From: Gammaproteobacteria bacterium
GTDB taxonomy: Bacteria > Pseudomonadota > Gammaproteobacteria > Eutrophobiales > Eutrophobiaceae
Assembly: GCA_004297165.1 (NCBI GenBank)
Contig: SCUJ01000011.1
Location: forward strand, 5,809 to 69,808
Reading direction: 5' to 3'
DNA length: 64,000 nucleotides
Within the stretch, counting starts at the first letter, position 1. Each line of letters begins with the position of its first letter. This document shows positions 1 to 11,270 of the stretch, piece by piece. A program made the translations under genes and the position numbers. Under the pieces are notes generated by a model. The model saw only the letters and a program-made list of their open reading frames with translations. It ran no database searches and had not been told where the DNA came from.

Positions 1-585
1 TGCCAGGTCGCTGGATTTCATATCCCCTTACAACTTGTGCATCGATCGCTGGCGCCCCGCTACAGGTATTGGATATCGCCCCAACGGCATTTACTGATGC
101 TGGTCGCGACCCGTGAGCAGGGATTGATGGTCAGACGCGGCAACCCGCGGAAGATCAAGCGGCTTGCCGATCTGACCAAACGCTCCGTCCGTTTTATCAA
201 CCGGCAACGCAATTCAGGCACCCGCACCATACTGGATCAGCTCCTGCTCCAGGATAAAGTGCCGGCTTCCCGCATCAACGGTTATAGCAATGAGGAGTTC
301 ACCCATCTTGCCGTGGCGGCGATGGTGGCCAGCGGCGCGGCCGACGCCGGTTTCGGCATTAGGGCGGCCGCGGCGCAGTTCGATCTGGATTTCATCCCAT
401 TCCTGCACGAGGCCTATATTCTCGCGATCGACAATGGTCTGGAACCGTTCATATTGAAAACCCTGGAACAGGCCCTCAGATCCAGATCCCTGCGCCGGAA
501 GATCAACCGGCTGCCCGGATATCACGCCATCAATGCGGGAAAATACTATACTTTCAATCAGTTATTCGAACAGGCAATGGAATGA
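1..585 (+). CDS. PBP-superfamily substrate-binding domain protein (molybdate-binding regulator type), 5' truncated by the window edge
   Basis: Frame is open from base 1 (CQVAGFH...). Motifs REQGLMV..GNP, FINRQRNSGTR, EEFTHLAVAAMVASGAADAGFGI and LDFIP are typical of the PBP_like domain. Confidence 0.8.
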   Translation, partial: CQVAGFHIPLQLVHRSLAPRYRYWISPQRHLLMLVATREQGLMVRRGNPRKIKRLADLTKRSVRFINRQRNSGTRTILDQLLLQDKVPASRINGYSNEEFTHLAVAAMVASGAADAGFGIRAAAAQFDLDFIPFLHEAYILAIDNGLEPFILKTLEQALRSRSLRRKINRLPGYHAINAGKYYTFNQLFEQAME

Positions 586-657
586 AGATCCCCCAAGCGG
601 CTGGAAATGACGCCTGGTACGGTATACTTTACCCCCCTTGTTTAGCGCCTTCAGCGT

Positions 658-2031
658 ATGGGTAAGAAACTTTACATTAAGACCTTCGGGTGTCAGATGA
701 ACGAATACGATTCCGCGAGAATCGGCGATCTGCTTGCCGATGCGGAAGGCATGGAACTGACCAGGGATCCGGATAGCGCCGACGTCGTCCTTTTCAACAC
801 CTGTTCCATCCGTGAAAAGGCGGAAGAAAAGCTCTTTTCAGAGTTGGGAAGATGGCGCGGCCGGAAACTGTCGAATCCGGAATTGATCCTGGGCGTAGGC
901 GGATGCGTCGCCAGCCTGGAAGGCGAGGCCATTCGCAGACGCGCACCGCACGTGGATATCGTTTTCGGCCCCCAGACCCTGCACCGGCTGCCGGAGTTGT
1001 TTGCCGCCGTCCGCGATTCGTGTACACCGGCCATCGATGTCTCATTCCCGGAGATAGAAAAATTCGATCATCTCCCGGAACCGCGCGCGGATGGCGTCAG
1101 AGCCTTCGTCTCGGTCATGGAAGGCTGTAGCAAGTATTGCAGTTACTGCGTCGTCCCCTACACCCGCGGCGAGGAGATCCACCGACCCTTCGACGACATC
1201 CTTGCCGAAGTGGACAGCCTGGCCGCTCAGGGCGTGTGCGAGATTACCTTGTTGGGCCAGAACGTCAACGCCTACCGGGGCACCACCCATGATGGCAGGG
1301 CCGCCGATCTGGCGCTTTTAATCGAATATGTGGCGCTGGTGGAGGGGATCGAACGGATCCGCTTTACGACCTCCCATCCGGCCGAACTCGGCGACAGCCT
1401 GATCGCGGCTTACGCGCGAGAGCCTAAACTCGCCAACCATCTGCACCTGCCCGTGCAAAGCGGCGCCGATCGCATCCTGCAACTGATGAAACGCGGACAC
1501 ACGATCGGCGAATACAGGGAAAAAATCCGGAAACTGAGGGAAGCGCGGCCCGATATCAGTCTGTCCTCCGACTTTATCGTCGGTTTCCCAGGCGAAACCG
1601 AAGAGGATTTCCAGCTCACGCTGGATCTGGTAGCGGAATTGAATTTCGATCAGTCCTTCAGTTTCATCTACAGCAAACGTCCCGGCACACCGGCGGCGAA
1701 TATGGAGGATGTCATTCCCCACGCGATCAAAAACCGGCGTTTGCAGATCCTGCAGGACCGTCTCAACGCCCAGGCACAGGCGCTTAGCCTGGGGATGGTA
1801 GGATCAATCCAACCTGTCCTGGTGGAAGGCGCCGCCCGCCGCAGCCTTGGGGAAATGTCCGGCCGCACGGGCAACAACCGCATGGTGAATTTCCCCGGGG
1901 ATCCCGGCTTGATTGGAACCTTCGCGCCGGTGCGGATCACCGCGGTCATGACCAACTCGCTGCGTGGCGAACTGGTCCAATGCCGGCTGTCCACAGACCG
2001 CCTTGCTGTGAACGGCGCAGGGATCGCCTGA
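658..2031 (+). CDS. miaB: tRNA-2-methylthio-N6-dimethylallyladenosine synthase
   Basis: [21 protein letters not shown], radical SAM motif CSKYCSYC, C-terminal TRAM domain; miaB-ybeZ-ybeY-corC-lnt synteny. Confidence 0.97.
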   Translation: MGKKLYIKTFGCQMNEYDSARIGDLLADAEGMELTRDPDSADVVLFNTCSIREKAEEKLFSELGRWRGRKLSNPELILGVGGCVASLEGEAIRRRAPHVDIVFGPQTLHRLPELFAAVRDSCTPAIDVSFPEIEKFDHLPEPRADGVRAFVSVMEGCSKYCSYCVVPYTRGEEIHRPFDDILAEVDSLAAQGVCEITLLGQNVNAYRGTTHDGRAADLALLIEYVALVEGIERIRFTTSHPAELGDSLIAAYAREPKLANHLHLPVQSGADRILQLMKRGHTIGEYREKIRKLREARPDISLSSDFIVGFPGETEEDFQLTLDLVAELNFDQSFSFIYSKRPGTPAANMEDVIPHAIKNRRLQILQDRLNAQAQALSLGMVGSIQPVLVEGAARRSLGEMSGRTGNNRMVNFPGDPGLIGTFAPVRITAVMTNSLRGELVQCRLSTDRLAVNGAGIA

Positions 2032-2035
2032 CGCC

Positions 2036-3043
2036 TTGAACACTCCTGTGGATATCATCCACCCTGTCGCCGAGGATATCGTCCTTTCGCCCCCGGACAA
2101 CGAACGCCTGGCGAACCTGTGCGGCCCCATGGACGAACACCTGCGCCAGATCGAACGACGGGTCGGGGTCGAGATCAACAACCGCAGCAACAGCTTCCGC
2201 ATCATCGGCACGAAGCAGGCGGTGGCGTCGGGCCACCGCCTGCTGGTCCAGCTCTATGAAGCCACGCGGCAGGAACGGCTCTCCCCGGAGCGCATCCATC
2301 TGTTTCTCCAGGACTCCAGGCTGGACGAGGAGCTCGAAGAGGACCTGACCGGCGAGATCGGCATCAAGACCAAACGCGGCGTCATCCGCGGTCGGAGTCC
2401 GAATCAGCGATTGTACCTCGCGAATATCCAGACCCATGACATCAGTTTCGGGATCGGACCGGCCGGCACGGGCAAGACCTATCTCGCCGTCGCCTCCGCC
2501 GTCGCGGCGCTGGAACAGGAACAGGCCCGCCGGCTGGTGCTGGTGCGTCCCGCGGTCGAGGCCGGTGAAAAATTGGGTTATCTGCCCGGCGACCTCATTC
2601 AGAAAATCGATCCCTACCTGCGTCCGTTGTACGACGCCCTGTATGAGATGCTCGGCTTCGAACGCGTTGCCCGGCTGGTTGAACGCAATGTCATCGAGAT
2701 TGCCCCATTGGCCTTCATGCGCGGGCGCACCCTGAACGAGGCCTGCATCATCCTGGATGAGGCCCAGAACACCACGGTGGAACAGATGAAGATGTTTCTC
2801 ACGCGGATCGGCTTCGGATCGACCGCCATTATCACCGGCGACATCACTCAGACCGATCTCCCGCCCGGCAAAAAATCCGGCCTGCGCCATGTGATCGACA
2901 TCCTCAGCAAGGAAGAGGGCATCAGTTTCACCTTCTTTAAATCCCGGGACGTGGTTCGGCACCCGCTGGTAAAGCGGATCCTCGACGCCTATGAACGCAG
3001 CGAAAAACTGGCCGAAGCAGCGCGGAACCGGCAGCGCGGATGA
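2036..3043 (+). CDS. ybeZ: PhoH-family ATPase (YbeZ)
   Basis: GPAGTGKTYLAV, RPAVEAGEKLGYLPGD, MRGRTLN, DEAQN, DVVRHPLV. Confidence 0.95.
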   Translation: MNTPVDIIHPVAEDIVLSPPDNERLANLCGPMDEHLRQIERRVGVEINNRSNSFRIIGTKQAVASGHRLLVQLYEATRQERLSPERIHLFLQDSRLDEELEEDLTGEIGIKTKRGVIRGRSPNQRLYLANIQTHDISFGIGPAGTGKTYLAVASAVAALEQEQARRLVLVRPAVEAGEKLGYLPGDLIQKIDPYLRPLYDALYEMLGFERVARLVERNVIEIAPLAFMRGRTLNEACIILDEAQNTTVEQMKMFLTRIGFGSTAIITGDITQTDLPPGKKSGLRHVIDILSKEEGISFTFFKSRDVVRHPLVKRILDAYERSEKLAEAARNRQRG

Positions 3044-3495
3044 CACGGATCGCCGTTCAGTCCGTCTCCCTTGAGGGAGATCTGCCTGACGGGAGGGAGA
3101 TCCGGCGCTGGGCGCGAGCCGCGCTCGCCGGCAGCGAGCAGGAAACAGCGCTTACGATCCGCATCGCCGATCTGGATGAAAGCCGGGAACTTAACCGGCG
3201 CTGGCGCGGGCGCAACAAGGCCACCAATGTGCTTGCGTTTCCCTCCGGCGAAGCGGATGCGGAAGGCCGTACGTATCTCGGCGATATCGTTATCTGCGCA
3301 CCCGTGGTCCGCACCGAGGCGCGGGAGCAGGGCAAGCAGCCGCGGGATCATTTTGCCCACCTCGTGATTCATGGCGTACTCCATCTGTTAGGGTATGATC
3401 ACCAGGAACCAGGGGCCGCCTCCGCGATGGAGGATCGGGAAACCAGGGCCCTGGCGAGGCTCGGGATAGCGAACCCATATATAATGGAACGATGA
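3040..3495 (+). CDS. ybeY: rRNA maturation endoribonuclease YbeY
   Basis: TNVLAF, LGDIVIC, zinc motif HLVIHGVLHLLGYDH. Confidence 0.96.
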   Translation: MTRIAVQSVSLEGDLPDGREIRRWARAALAGSEQETALTIRIADLDESRELNRRWRGRNKATNVLAFPSGEADAEGRTYLGDIVICAPVVRTEAREQGKQPRDHFAHLVIHGVLHLLGYDHQEPGAASAMEDRETRALARLGIANPYIMER

Positions 3496-4328
3496 AAAAT
3501 AATCGGAAACATTCAAAACTTCCCGCCTGGATCGCCTCCATCAACAAACTGTTCCGCAGCGCGCCGAAGGACCGGCAGACCCTCCTGGAATTGCTGCGAC
3601 AGTGCGAGACTACCAACCTGCTGGATCCCGATGTCCTGATCATGCTCGAGGGGGCATTGCATGTCTCCGACATGCGGGTCAACGACATCATGGTACCCAA
3701 GGTGCAGATGGACATCATCGCCTACGATACCGATCCCGGGGATCTCATCAAGGCCGTGGTCGCCTCCGGACACTCGCGCTTCCCGGTCATCGGCGAGGAT
3801 CCGAACGACGTCATGGGCATCCTGCTGGCCAAGGATCTCCTGGCGTATTTCGCACAGCCGCATACGGGGAGCTTCGATATCAAGGATGTGATGCGCCCGG
3901 CGATATTCATACCCGAGAGCAAACGCCTGAACGTCCTGTTGCGGGAATTCCGGTCCAGCCGCAATCACATGGCGATCGTCGTCGATGAGTATGGAGTGAC
4001 CGGACTGGTCACGATCGAGGACATCATCGAGGAGATCGTGGGCGAGATTGAGGACGAGCACGACTTCGAGGAGGAAGACAACATCCGCCAGCACGGGGTC
4101 AATCGGTATACGGTCCGGGCGATCACACCGATCGAAGAATTCAATGCGCGTTTCGGCGCCGCCCTGAGCGACGCGGAATACGACACCATCGGCGGGCTGG
4201 TCGTCAATGCCTTCGGACACCTGCCGAAACGGGGCGAGTCCATCGATCTGGCCGGTTTTCACATCAAGGTCCTGCGCGCGGATCGGCGCCGCGTCCAGCT
4301 ATTGAAGTTCACCAAAGGTGAAGGTTAA
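3492..4328 (+). CDS. corC: CBS/CorC-HlyC domain Mg/Co efflux protein
   Basis: SGHSRFPV, LLAKDLL, HMAIVVDEYG, TIEDIIEEIVGEIEDEHD. Confidence 0.93.
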   Translation: MKNNRKHSKLPAWIASINKLFRSAPKDRQTLLELLRQCETTNLLDPDVLIMLEGALHVSDMRVNDIMVPKVQMDIIAYDTDPGDLIKAVVASGHSRFPVIGEDPNDVMGILLAKDLLAYFAQPHTGSFDIKDVMRPAIFIPESKRLNVLLREFRSSRNHMAIVVDEYGVTGLVTIEDIIEEIVGEIEDEHDFEEEDNIRQHGVNRYTVRAITPIEEFNARFGAALSDAEYDTIGGLVVNAFGHLPKRGESIDLAGFHIKVLRADRRRVQLLKFTKGEG

Positions 4329-5832
4329 GCGCGGGGAAACCATTCTCCCCGGGCTCCCCTGCCTCATCGGCGGGGCCTTGCTGACGCTCGCCTTTGCCCC
4401 CTTCGATTATTGGGTCCTGGCGGTTGCGGCTATCGCCCTGCTTTTTTTCTGCTCATTGAATTGCGATCCGCGCCAGGGTTTTCTCCGCGGTTATCTTTTC
4501 GGTCTCGGGATGTTCGGCGCGGGGGTCAACTGGCTGCACATCAGCATCAACCAGTTCGGCGGAATGAATCTCATAGGTTCCCTCCTGGTTACGCTGGTGC
4601 TGGTGCTCTATCTGGCCCTGTATCCGGGCCTGGCGATCCTTATCGGCAATCGTTATTTCTCCAGCCACGGTCCGATCCCCCAACTGTGTGCATTCGCCCT
4701 CCTGTGGGTATTGTGCGAATGGCTGCGGGCCTGGGTCTTCACCGGCTTTCCCTGGCTGCAAGTCGGCTACTCCATGATCGATTCGCCGTTGACCGGCCTC
4801 GCGCCGCTCGCCGGGACCTACGGCATCGGGCTGGCCGTGACTTCGAGCGCGGCACTGCTGGTCGCCGCCCTGATGCCTGCGACCCTCTGGCGCAGGATCG
4901 GGGCGTCGATCCTGTTTGGCGGTCTCTGGTTTGGCGCCTGGACCCTGAAAGATATCGAATGGACGACGCCCGCAGGCGGGGAGATCTCGGTCGCCCTCGT
5001 TCAGGGAGGGATCCCGCAGGATATGAAATGGCAGCCGCAATTCCAGCGTCAGGGTTTCGATCTCTATCTCGAACTCACCGAACCCTACTGGCAACACGAC
5101 CTGATCATCTGGCCCGAGACCGCCCTGCCGGTGCTCCTCAGCCGTGCGGAGTCGTATCTGGACGAGATCGAACAACGCCGCAAAGAGGGCCGAGCCAACC
5201 TGCTGCTCGGGATGCCGGTGGATGACCCGGCCACCCGGGAATTCTTCAACAGCGCGTTGCTCCTTGCCGACGAGATTGCCGTATATCACAAACGCCACCT
5301 TGTTCCCTTCGGCGAGTATCTGCCCATGAAATCCATGCTGGGTGGGATCCTGGATTTTCTCAGGATCCCCATGTCCGATTTCTCGTCAGGGAACCCGGTG
5401 AGCCCGGTGTTCGCGAATGAAAGATTCAAGGCCGGGATCTCCATCTGCTACGAGGCGACCTTTGGCCGCGAGATCATTAAGGCACTGCCGGAGGCCGAAT
5501 TCCTCATCAACCTCAGCAACGACGCCTGGTTCGGCGATTCGCTGGCCCCGCATCAGCACTTGCAGATGGCGCGCATGCGCGCCCTGGAGACCGGCCGTTA
5601 CCTGCTGCGCGCCACCAATACCGGGGTCACCGCAATCATCGACAACGAAGGAAGGGTATTGCGGCAGGCGGAGCAATTCGTCCCCGCCGCCATCAGCGGC
5701 GCCGTGATGCCTTATGCGGGAATGACGCCTTATGCGCTCACCGGCGACCTGCCGGCAATCGGTTTATGTATCGCCGTCCTGCTGGCGCTCTATCTCGCAA
5801 GGTATTTCAGCCCTGATGATAGGGCGCGCTGA
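4318..5832 (+). CDS. lnt: Apolipoprotein N-acyltransferase
   Basis: Multi-TM N-terminus, [37 protein letters not shown]. Confidence 0.96.
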   Translation: MKVKRGETILPGLPCLIGGALLTLAFAPFDYWVLAVAAIALLFFCSLNCDPRQGFLRGYLFGLGMFGAGVNWLHISINQFGGMNLIGSLLVTLVLVLYLALYPGLAILIGNRYFSSHGPIPQLCAFALLWVLCEWLRAWVFTGFPWLQVGYSMIDSPLTGLAPLAGTYGIGLAVTSSAALLVAALMPATLWRRIGASILFGGLWFGAWTLKDIEWTTPAGGEISVALVQGGIPQDMKWQPQFQRQGFDLYLELTEPYWQHDLIIWPETALPVLLSRAESYLDEIEQRRKEGRANLLLGMPVDDPATREFFNSALLLADEIAVYHKRHLVPFGEYLPMKSMLGGILDFLRIPMSDFSSGNPVSPVFANERFKAGISICYEATFGREIIKALPEAEFLINLSNDAWFGDSLAPHQHLQMARMRALETGRYLLRATNTGVTAIIDNEGRVLRQAEQFVPAAISGAVMPYAGMTPYALTGDLPAIGLCIAVLLALYLARYFSPDDRAR

Positions 5833-6880
5833 GATCGTGTACGGCGTCCACGAGGACCTTGAGCCTGTCGGGGTCGGCATGCTGGGAGATCCCGTGTCCT
5901 AAGTTGAAGACATGGCCAGGGCCCCGCCCGTAGGCCGCGAGGATGGCCGCGGCCTCTGACCTGATGGCAGCCTCCGAACCATGGAGTACGGCCGGGTCCA
6001 GGTTGCCCTGGAGCGCCACTTTACCCTCGGTGCGCCGGCGCACATCGCCCAGATCGACCGTCCAGTCGAGGCCCATGGCGTCGCAACCGCTCGCGGCAAT
6101 CGTCTCTGCCCAGGCCCCGCCCCCCTTGGTGAACAGGATGACCGGTACAATCTTCGTCCCCGATCTGCGCTTCAGCCGCTCCATGATCGCCTGCATATAG
6201 CGCAGGGAAAATTCCCGGTAAGCCGCGGGCGTCAGGATCCCTCCCCAGGTGTCGAAGATCTGCACCACATCCACGCCCGCGGCGATCTGGCCGTTGAGAT
6301 ATTCCGCGACCGCGCGGGCGAGGACCTCGAGCAGGGCATGCAGGGTGGCGGGTTCCTGGTACAGCATGGTCCTGGCCAGGCGGTGATCATCGCTCGATCC
6401 ACCCTCGATCATGTAGGTGGCGATCGTCCACGGGCTCCCGGCAAAACCGATCAGGGGCACGCGGTTACCCAGTTCCCGTTTGATGGTTCGCACGGCCTCC
6501 AGCACATACCCCAGATCGCGCTCAGGGTCCGGGACCCCGAGACGCGCCACGTCGCTGCGCGTCCTGATAGGCTTTGCAAACCTGGGACCCTCGTTTTCCA
6601 CGAAATCAAGTCCGAGACCCATCGCGGCCGGGATGGTCAGGATATCGGAAAAGAGTATCGCGGCGTCCAGATCGAATCGCCGCAGGGGTTGCAGGGTCAC
6701 CTCGCAGGCGAGATCGGGATGGCGGCAGAGGTCCATGAAGCTGCCCGCGCGGGCGCGCGTCTCGCGATATTCGGGCAGATAACGCCCGGCCTGACGCATG
6801 ATCCAGATCGGCGTGCGATCGACGGGCTGGCGCAAGAGGGCGCGGATGAGGCGATCGTTTTTCAGCACAGGGTCGGTCAT
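5807..6880 (-). CDS. hemE: Uroporphyrinogen decarboxylase
   Basis: [42 protein letters not shown]. Likely start is ATG at 6880. Confidence 0.97.
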   Translation of the reverse strand: MTDPVLKNDRLIRALLRQPVDRTPIWIMRQAGRYLPEYRETRARAGSFMDLCRHPDLACEVTLQPLRRFDLDAAILFSDILTIPAAMGLGLDFVENEGPRFAKPIRTRSDVARLGVPDPERDLGYVLEAVRTIKRELGNRVPLIGFAGSPWTIATYMIEGGSSDDHRLARTMLYQEPATLHALLEVLARAVAEYLNGQIAAGVDVVQIFDTWGGILTPAAYREFSLRYMQAIMERLKRRSGTKIVPVILFTKGGGAWAETIAASGCDAMGLDWTVDLGDVRRRTEGKVALQGNLDPAVLHGSEAAIRSEAAAILAAYGRGPGHVFNLGHGISQHADPDRLKVLVDAVHDLSAPYHQG

Positions 6881-6991
6881 GGCGCGGGGAAGGTCAGTCA
6901 AGGAAGGGGAAAATCATACCGGAAATCGTTAGAATGAACAGCCGGATCAACGCCCGCGCCGACCCTTGCCAACCGGGATTCAAGACCCGAA

Positions 6992-8410
6992 TTGAAAGCC
7001 GAAGAGATCCAGAAATACTACGCAGACAACGCCGCCGCGCGCTGGCTTGCGCTCGCCAGCATCTGTCTGGTAAGCCTGTCCAATTCGCTCACCATGTCGT
7101 CCACGAACGTGGCGATACCGAAGATCGCCGAGGATTTGGCCGCCGACGCCGTGCTCATCAGTTGGGTGCCCACCGCCTTCCTGCTCAGCAATGTCGTGGC
7201 GATCCTGCCGGCCGGCCGCCTGGCGGACATCCACGGTCGCAAGCGGATCTATCTCACGGGGACTGTGGTTTTTACGCTGGCGAGCCTCATCGCCTCGCAG
7301 GCGCCCTCGATCGAATGGCTGCTGTTCACGCGCGTGCTGCAAGGGCTGGGGTCGGCCATGTCCTTCGCCACGGGTCTCGCCATCGTGATGTCTGTATTCG
7401 GCGTCGCCAACCGCGGCATGGCGCTCGGTTTCGCCAATGCCGCCGTCTACGTCGGCATGTCCTGCGGGCCCTTGCTCGGCGGCTGGTTTACCCAAACCTT
7501 CGGCTGGCGCACCATCTTCATGTTCCCGGTCCCCCTCACCCTGCTGGCGATCATCCTGTTCCTGACGCGCATCAAGGGCGACTGGAAGAGCGAAACGCCG
7601 GACAAGGTCGACTGGCAGGGCAGCCTGATCCTGCTCTGTTCCGCCTCGGCCCTGTTTCTCGGCGTTTCCCTGCTGCCCTCCCTGGCCGGTTTGCTAAGCC
7701 TGTCCGCCGGGCTCTGCGGCATGGGCCTGTTCGTATTCCAGCAGCTCGCCTCCCCGCATCCCCTGATCCGCTTCCGGGCCATCCAGGAGAACCGGGTCTT
7801 TTCCCGCTCGCTGCTCGCCAGCACCTGTACCTACGCCAGCAACTTTCCCCTGGTCTTTCTGCTCAGCCTGTATTTGCAGTTCATCAAGGGACTATCTCCG
7901 GCCCAGGCAGGGCAACTGATGATGCTGCAAGCGGTCACCATGGCCGTCGTGGCGCCTTTCGCCGGCCGGTTGTCGGATCGTTTCGAACCCAGGGTCATCG
8001 CGACGACCGGCTGCCTGATCATGTCTGGCGCCCTGCTGGTCTTGCAGCATGTCGATCTGGACACCTCCCTGACGGTTATCGGCGCGGCCCTGATGACCAT
8101 GGGCCTGGGTTTCGGCCTGTTCACCTCGCCCAACAACAACGCCGCCCTGGGTTCGGTGGACAGGGCGCGGCTCAGCATCGCCTCCGCCTTGCTCAGCCTC
8201 TCCAGGCTGCTCGGCAACATGACGGGATCGGCCGGCATCCTGCTGCTGGTCTCGCTGGTCATAGGGAATGTGGAACTCGCGCCGAGTCAGTACCCGGCGC
8301 TGCTCACCGTAATCCGGTGGACGCTCAGTGCCTCCTGTATTTACTCGCTCGGCGGGGCCTGGTTTTCCTACACCCGCGGGAACGTGCGGTCTGGGTCTAC
8401 TACGGGTTAA
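6992..8410 (+). CDS. MFS transporter (DHA2-like, about 14 TM)
   Basis: Hydrophobic throughout; MFS motif A GRLADIHGRKR and GRLSDRF; GPLLGG; GFGLFTSPNNN. Confidence 0.9.
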   Translation: MKAEEIQKYYADNAAARWLALASICLVSLSNSLTMSSTNVAIPKIAEDLAADAVLISWVPTAFLLSNVVAILPAGRLADIHGRKRIYLTGTVVFTLASLIASQAPSIEWLLFTRVLQGLGSAMSFATGLAIVMSVFGVANRGMALGFANAAVYVGMSCGPLLGGWFTQTFGWRTIFMFPVPLTLLAIILFLTRIKGDWKSETPDKVDWQGSLILLCSASALFLGVSLLPSLAGLLSLSAGLCGMGLFVFQQLASPHPLIRFRAIQENRVFSRSLLASTCTYASNFPLVFLLSLYLQFIKGLSPAQAGQLMMLQAVTMAVVAPFAGRLSDRFEPRVIATTGCLIMSGALLVLQHVDLDTSLTVIGAALMTMGLGFGLFTSPNNNAALGSVDRARLSIASALLSLSRLLGNMTGSAGILLLVSLVIGNVELAPSQYPALLTVIRWTLSASCIYSLGGAWFSYTRGNVRSGSTTG

Positions 8411-9692
8411 GGTCCTGCAACTTTTTCCTGACCGAGGCAAGTTTCACACAGGTGACGAAGACCGCCATGGTCTGCTCCACCTCTGCCAGCACCGGCAGGG
8501 AAGGCGCCAGGCGGATATTCCGATCTTCCGGATCGCGGCCATAGGGGAAGGTCGCGCCGGCGGGCGTCAGCTTGACGCCGACCGCGGCCGCCAGCCGCAC
8601 AATCTCACTCGCCACGCCAGGGCGGGCATCGAAGGAAACGAAATAGCCCCCCTGCGGAACCTGCCAGCTTCCCAGATCGCTGTCCTTGAAATTCTCCTTG
8701 AGACTTCTGAGCACCGCCGCGAACTTCGGCCGCAACATTTCGGCATGTAGCCGCATCCGGTCCTTCAGCGCCCGCAAGTCCGGGAACATCCTGGCGTGGC
8801 GCAACTGATTTACCTTGTCGGGGCCGATGGTGGCGATCCCGAGGTGCTTCTTGAACTTGGCCAGATTGCCGGGCGAGGCCGCGAGGAAGGCCACGCCGGC
8901 CCCGGCAAAGCTGATCTTAGAGGTGGAGGTGAATTGCAGAACGCTGTCTAGCGTGCCGAGGCGTTCGCAATAATCCATGATGTTGGCGAGCACGGGGGGA
9001 TTGTCGTGCAGGTCGTGCACCGCGTAGGCGTTGTCCCAGAAGAGCCGGAAGTTCTTCGCCGCGATCCGGCCCAGGGCGGCCATGCGTTCGACCACCGCGT
9101 CGCTGAAGACCACTCCCGTGGGATTGGAATATTTCGGCACCACCCAGAGGCCACGGATAGCCGGGTCCTGCCGCAGCAGGGCCTCAATCGCGTCCATGTC
9201 AGGACCGTCGTCCCGCATGGCCACATTGATCATCTCGATGCCGAGTTCCTGGGTGATGGCGAAGTGGCGGTCATAACCGGGGACCGGGCAGATGAACTTG
9301 ATCCTGCCTTCGTCCTTCCACGGCGTGGCGCCTTCATGCGCGCCGAAGAGGTAGGCAAAATGGACACACCGGTGCATCAGCTCCAGGCTGCTGTTGCCGG
9401 CCGCGAGCACAATCTCCGGCTTGACCCCGAGGATATCCCCGCCGAGCTTGCGCAGTTCATGTATCCCTTCAAGCACGCCGTAGTTGCGCGTGTCGGTCCC
9501 GTCGGCGGCGGCGTATCCGCCGCCGAGAATGCCGTCCATGCCATTGCTTAGATCCAGTTGCCGTGAGGAGGGTTTGCCCCGGGTGAGATCGAGATTCAGC
9601 TTCTGCGACTTGAAGCCTTCATATTCGGCGGCGAGTTCCGCCTCCCGCCGCGACAATTCCGCCTTATCGGCCTTATCGATATACAAGGGCAC
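8400..9692 (-). CDS. PLP-dependent aminotransferase class I/II (aspartate aminotransferase-like, LDLTRGKP family)
   Basis: LDLTRGKP, PVPGYDRHF, VPKYSNPTG, WDNAY, PLP lysine in STSKIS, NIRLAPS. Confidence 0.88.
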   Translation of the reverse strand: MPLYIDKADKAELSRREAELAAEYEGFKSQKLNLDLTRGKPSSRQLDLSNGMDGILGGGYAAADGTDTRNYGVLEGIHELRKLGGDILGVKPEIVLAAGNSSLELMHRCVHFAYLFGAHEGATPWKDEGRIKFICPVPGYDRHFAITQELGIEMINVAMRDDGPDMDAIEALLRQDPAIRGLWVVPKYSNPTGVVFSDAVVERMAALGRIAAKNFRLFWDNAYAVHDLHDNPPVLANIMDYCERLGTLDSVLQFTSTSKISFAGAGVAFLAASPGNLAKFKKHLGIATIGPDKVNQLRHARMFPDLRALKDRMRLHAEMLRPKFAAVLRSLKENFKDSDLGSWQVPQGGYFVSFDARPGVASEIVRLAAAVGVKLTPAGATFPYGRDPEDRNIRLAPSLPVLAEVEQTMAVFVTCVKLASVRKKLQDLNP

Positions 9693-9824
9693 ACCTCTAG
9701 CATTGATTGAGAAGAATTCCGTCTGGCCGCGCGATTTTCGCTTGCATCATTCCGGCTGCCGGATCGGTCGCAGGATATGTAATCGCCTTGGCAATTGCAA
9801 TTGGGCTTGTTGTGAGGGCCGAAC

Positions 9825-11270
9825 TCAGAGTGGCGCCGGAAGGGATGACTCCCCCATGAGATATTGATCGATCGCCCACGCGGCCGAACGCCCCTCGGCG
9901 ATGGCCCAGACGATCAGGGATTGGCCGTGCTGCATGTCGCCGGCGGTGAATACGCCCTCGACGCTGGTCCGCCAGTTGCCGTCGTGCCAGACGTTATTTC
10001 GGTCCGTGCAGCGGACTCCCAGGTCCTCCAGCATGCCCTTCTTTTCCGCCCCGGTGAACCCCATGGCCAGCAGCGTCAGTTGACAGGGGATGACGGCATG
10101 ACTTTTGGGTATCTCGTTGAACGTGATCCGGCCATAATTGTGTACCGTCTCCACGCGGCAATACTCCAGTTGCTGGAGCCGGCCCTCGGCGTCGCCGATG
10201 AAGCGGGTGGTCGACACCGAATAAAGCCGCGTCCCGCCTTCCTCATGCGCGGAGGCCACCCTGTAGATATTCGGCCACTCGGGCCAGGGATTGCCCTGGG
10301 AGCGTTTTTCCGGCGGCCGGGGCATGATCTCGAACTGATGCACCGAGGCTGCCTGCTGCCGGTGCGCGGTGCCGAGACAATCCGCGCCCGTGTCGCCGCC
10401 GCCGATGATGACCACATGCTTGCCGGTGGCGGAGATGCGTTCCGCCTCGGGGATGACATCCCCCTGGCAGGCACGATTCGCCTGGGTCAGATAATCCATG
10501 GCGAAGTGCACGCCCTTCAACTCGCGGCCGGGCACCGGCAGATCCCGGGGCTGACAGGCGCCGCCGGCGAGCAGGAGGGCGTCGAACTTGCCGGTTAGGT
10601 CCGCGACCGGCACGTTCACGCCTACATGGGCGTTGGTTCGGAACTCCACGCCTTCTTCGCGCATCTGCGCAAGGCGCCGATCGAGCCGGTCTTTCTCCAT
10701 CTTGAATTCAGGGATGCCGTAACGCAACAGGCCGCCGATCCGATCGCTTCTCTCAAACACTGTGACGCTATGTCCGGCGCGGGCCAGTTGCTGCGCCGCG
10801 GCAAGCCCGGCGGGTCCCGATCCGACGATCGCGACCTTTTTGCCGGTCTTTTTCTCCGGCGGTCGCGGGTGAATCCATCCTTGTTCGAAGGCCTTGTCGA
10901 TGATGGCGAGTTCCACCGCCTTGATGGTGACCGGGTTGTCGTTAATGCCGAGCACACAGGCGCCTTCGCACGGTGCGGGACACAGCGTGCCGGTGAATTC
11001 GGGGAAATTGTTGGTGGCATGCAGGCGGTCGATCGCGCGTTGCCACTGTTCCCGGTAGACCAGGTCGTTCCAGTCAGGGATGAGATTCCCGAGCGGACAG
11101 CCGTTGTGACAGAACGGTATGCCGCAATCCATGCAACGGGAGGCCTGCGCGAGCAATCCGGACTCGGGCCAGGGGGCCATCACCTGTCGCCAGTCCCGCA
11201 GCCGTTCGGGCTTCGGCCTATAGGGTTGCTTGACCCGGCCGGTTTCCAGGAATCCCGTCGGCTTAGCCAT
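9825..11270 (-). CDS. gltD: Glutamate synthase small subunit
   Basis: [43 protein letters not shown]; directly downstream of gltB. Confidence 0.96.
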   Translation of the reverse strand: MAKPTGFLETGRVKQPYRPKPERLRDWRQVMAPWPESGLLAQASRCMDCGIPFCHNGCPLGNLIPDWNDLVYREQWQRAIDRLHATNNFPEFTGTLCPAPCEGACVLGINDNPVTIKAVELAIIDKAFEQGWIHPRPPEKKTGKKVAIVGSGPAGLAAAQQLARAGHSVTVFERSDRIGGLLRYGIPEFKMEKDRLDRRLAQMREEGVEFRTNAHVGVNVPVADLTGKFDALLLAGGACQPRDLPVPGRELKGVHFAMDYLTQANRACQGDVIPEAERISATGKHVVIIGGGDTGADCLGTAHRQQAASVHQFEIMPRPPEKRSQGNPWPEWPNIYRVASAHEEGGTRLYSVSTTRFIGDAEGRLQQLEYCRVETVHNYGRITFNEIPKSHAVIPCQLTLLAMGFTGAEKKGMLEDLGVRCTDRNNVWHDGNWRTSVEGVFTAGDMQHGQSLIVWAIAEGRSAAWAIDQYLMGESSLPAPL

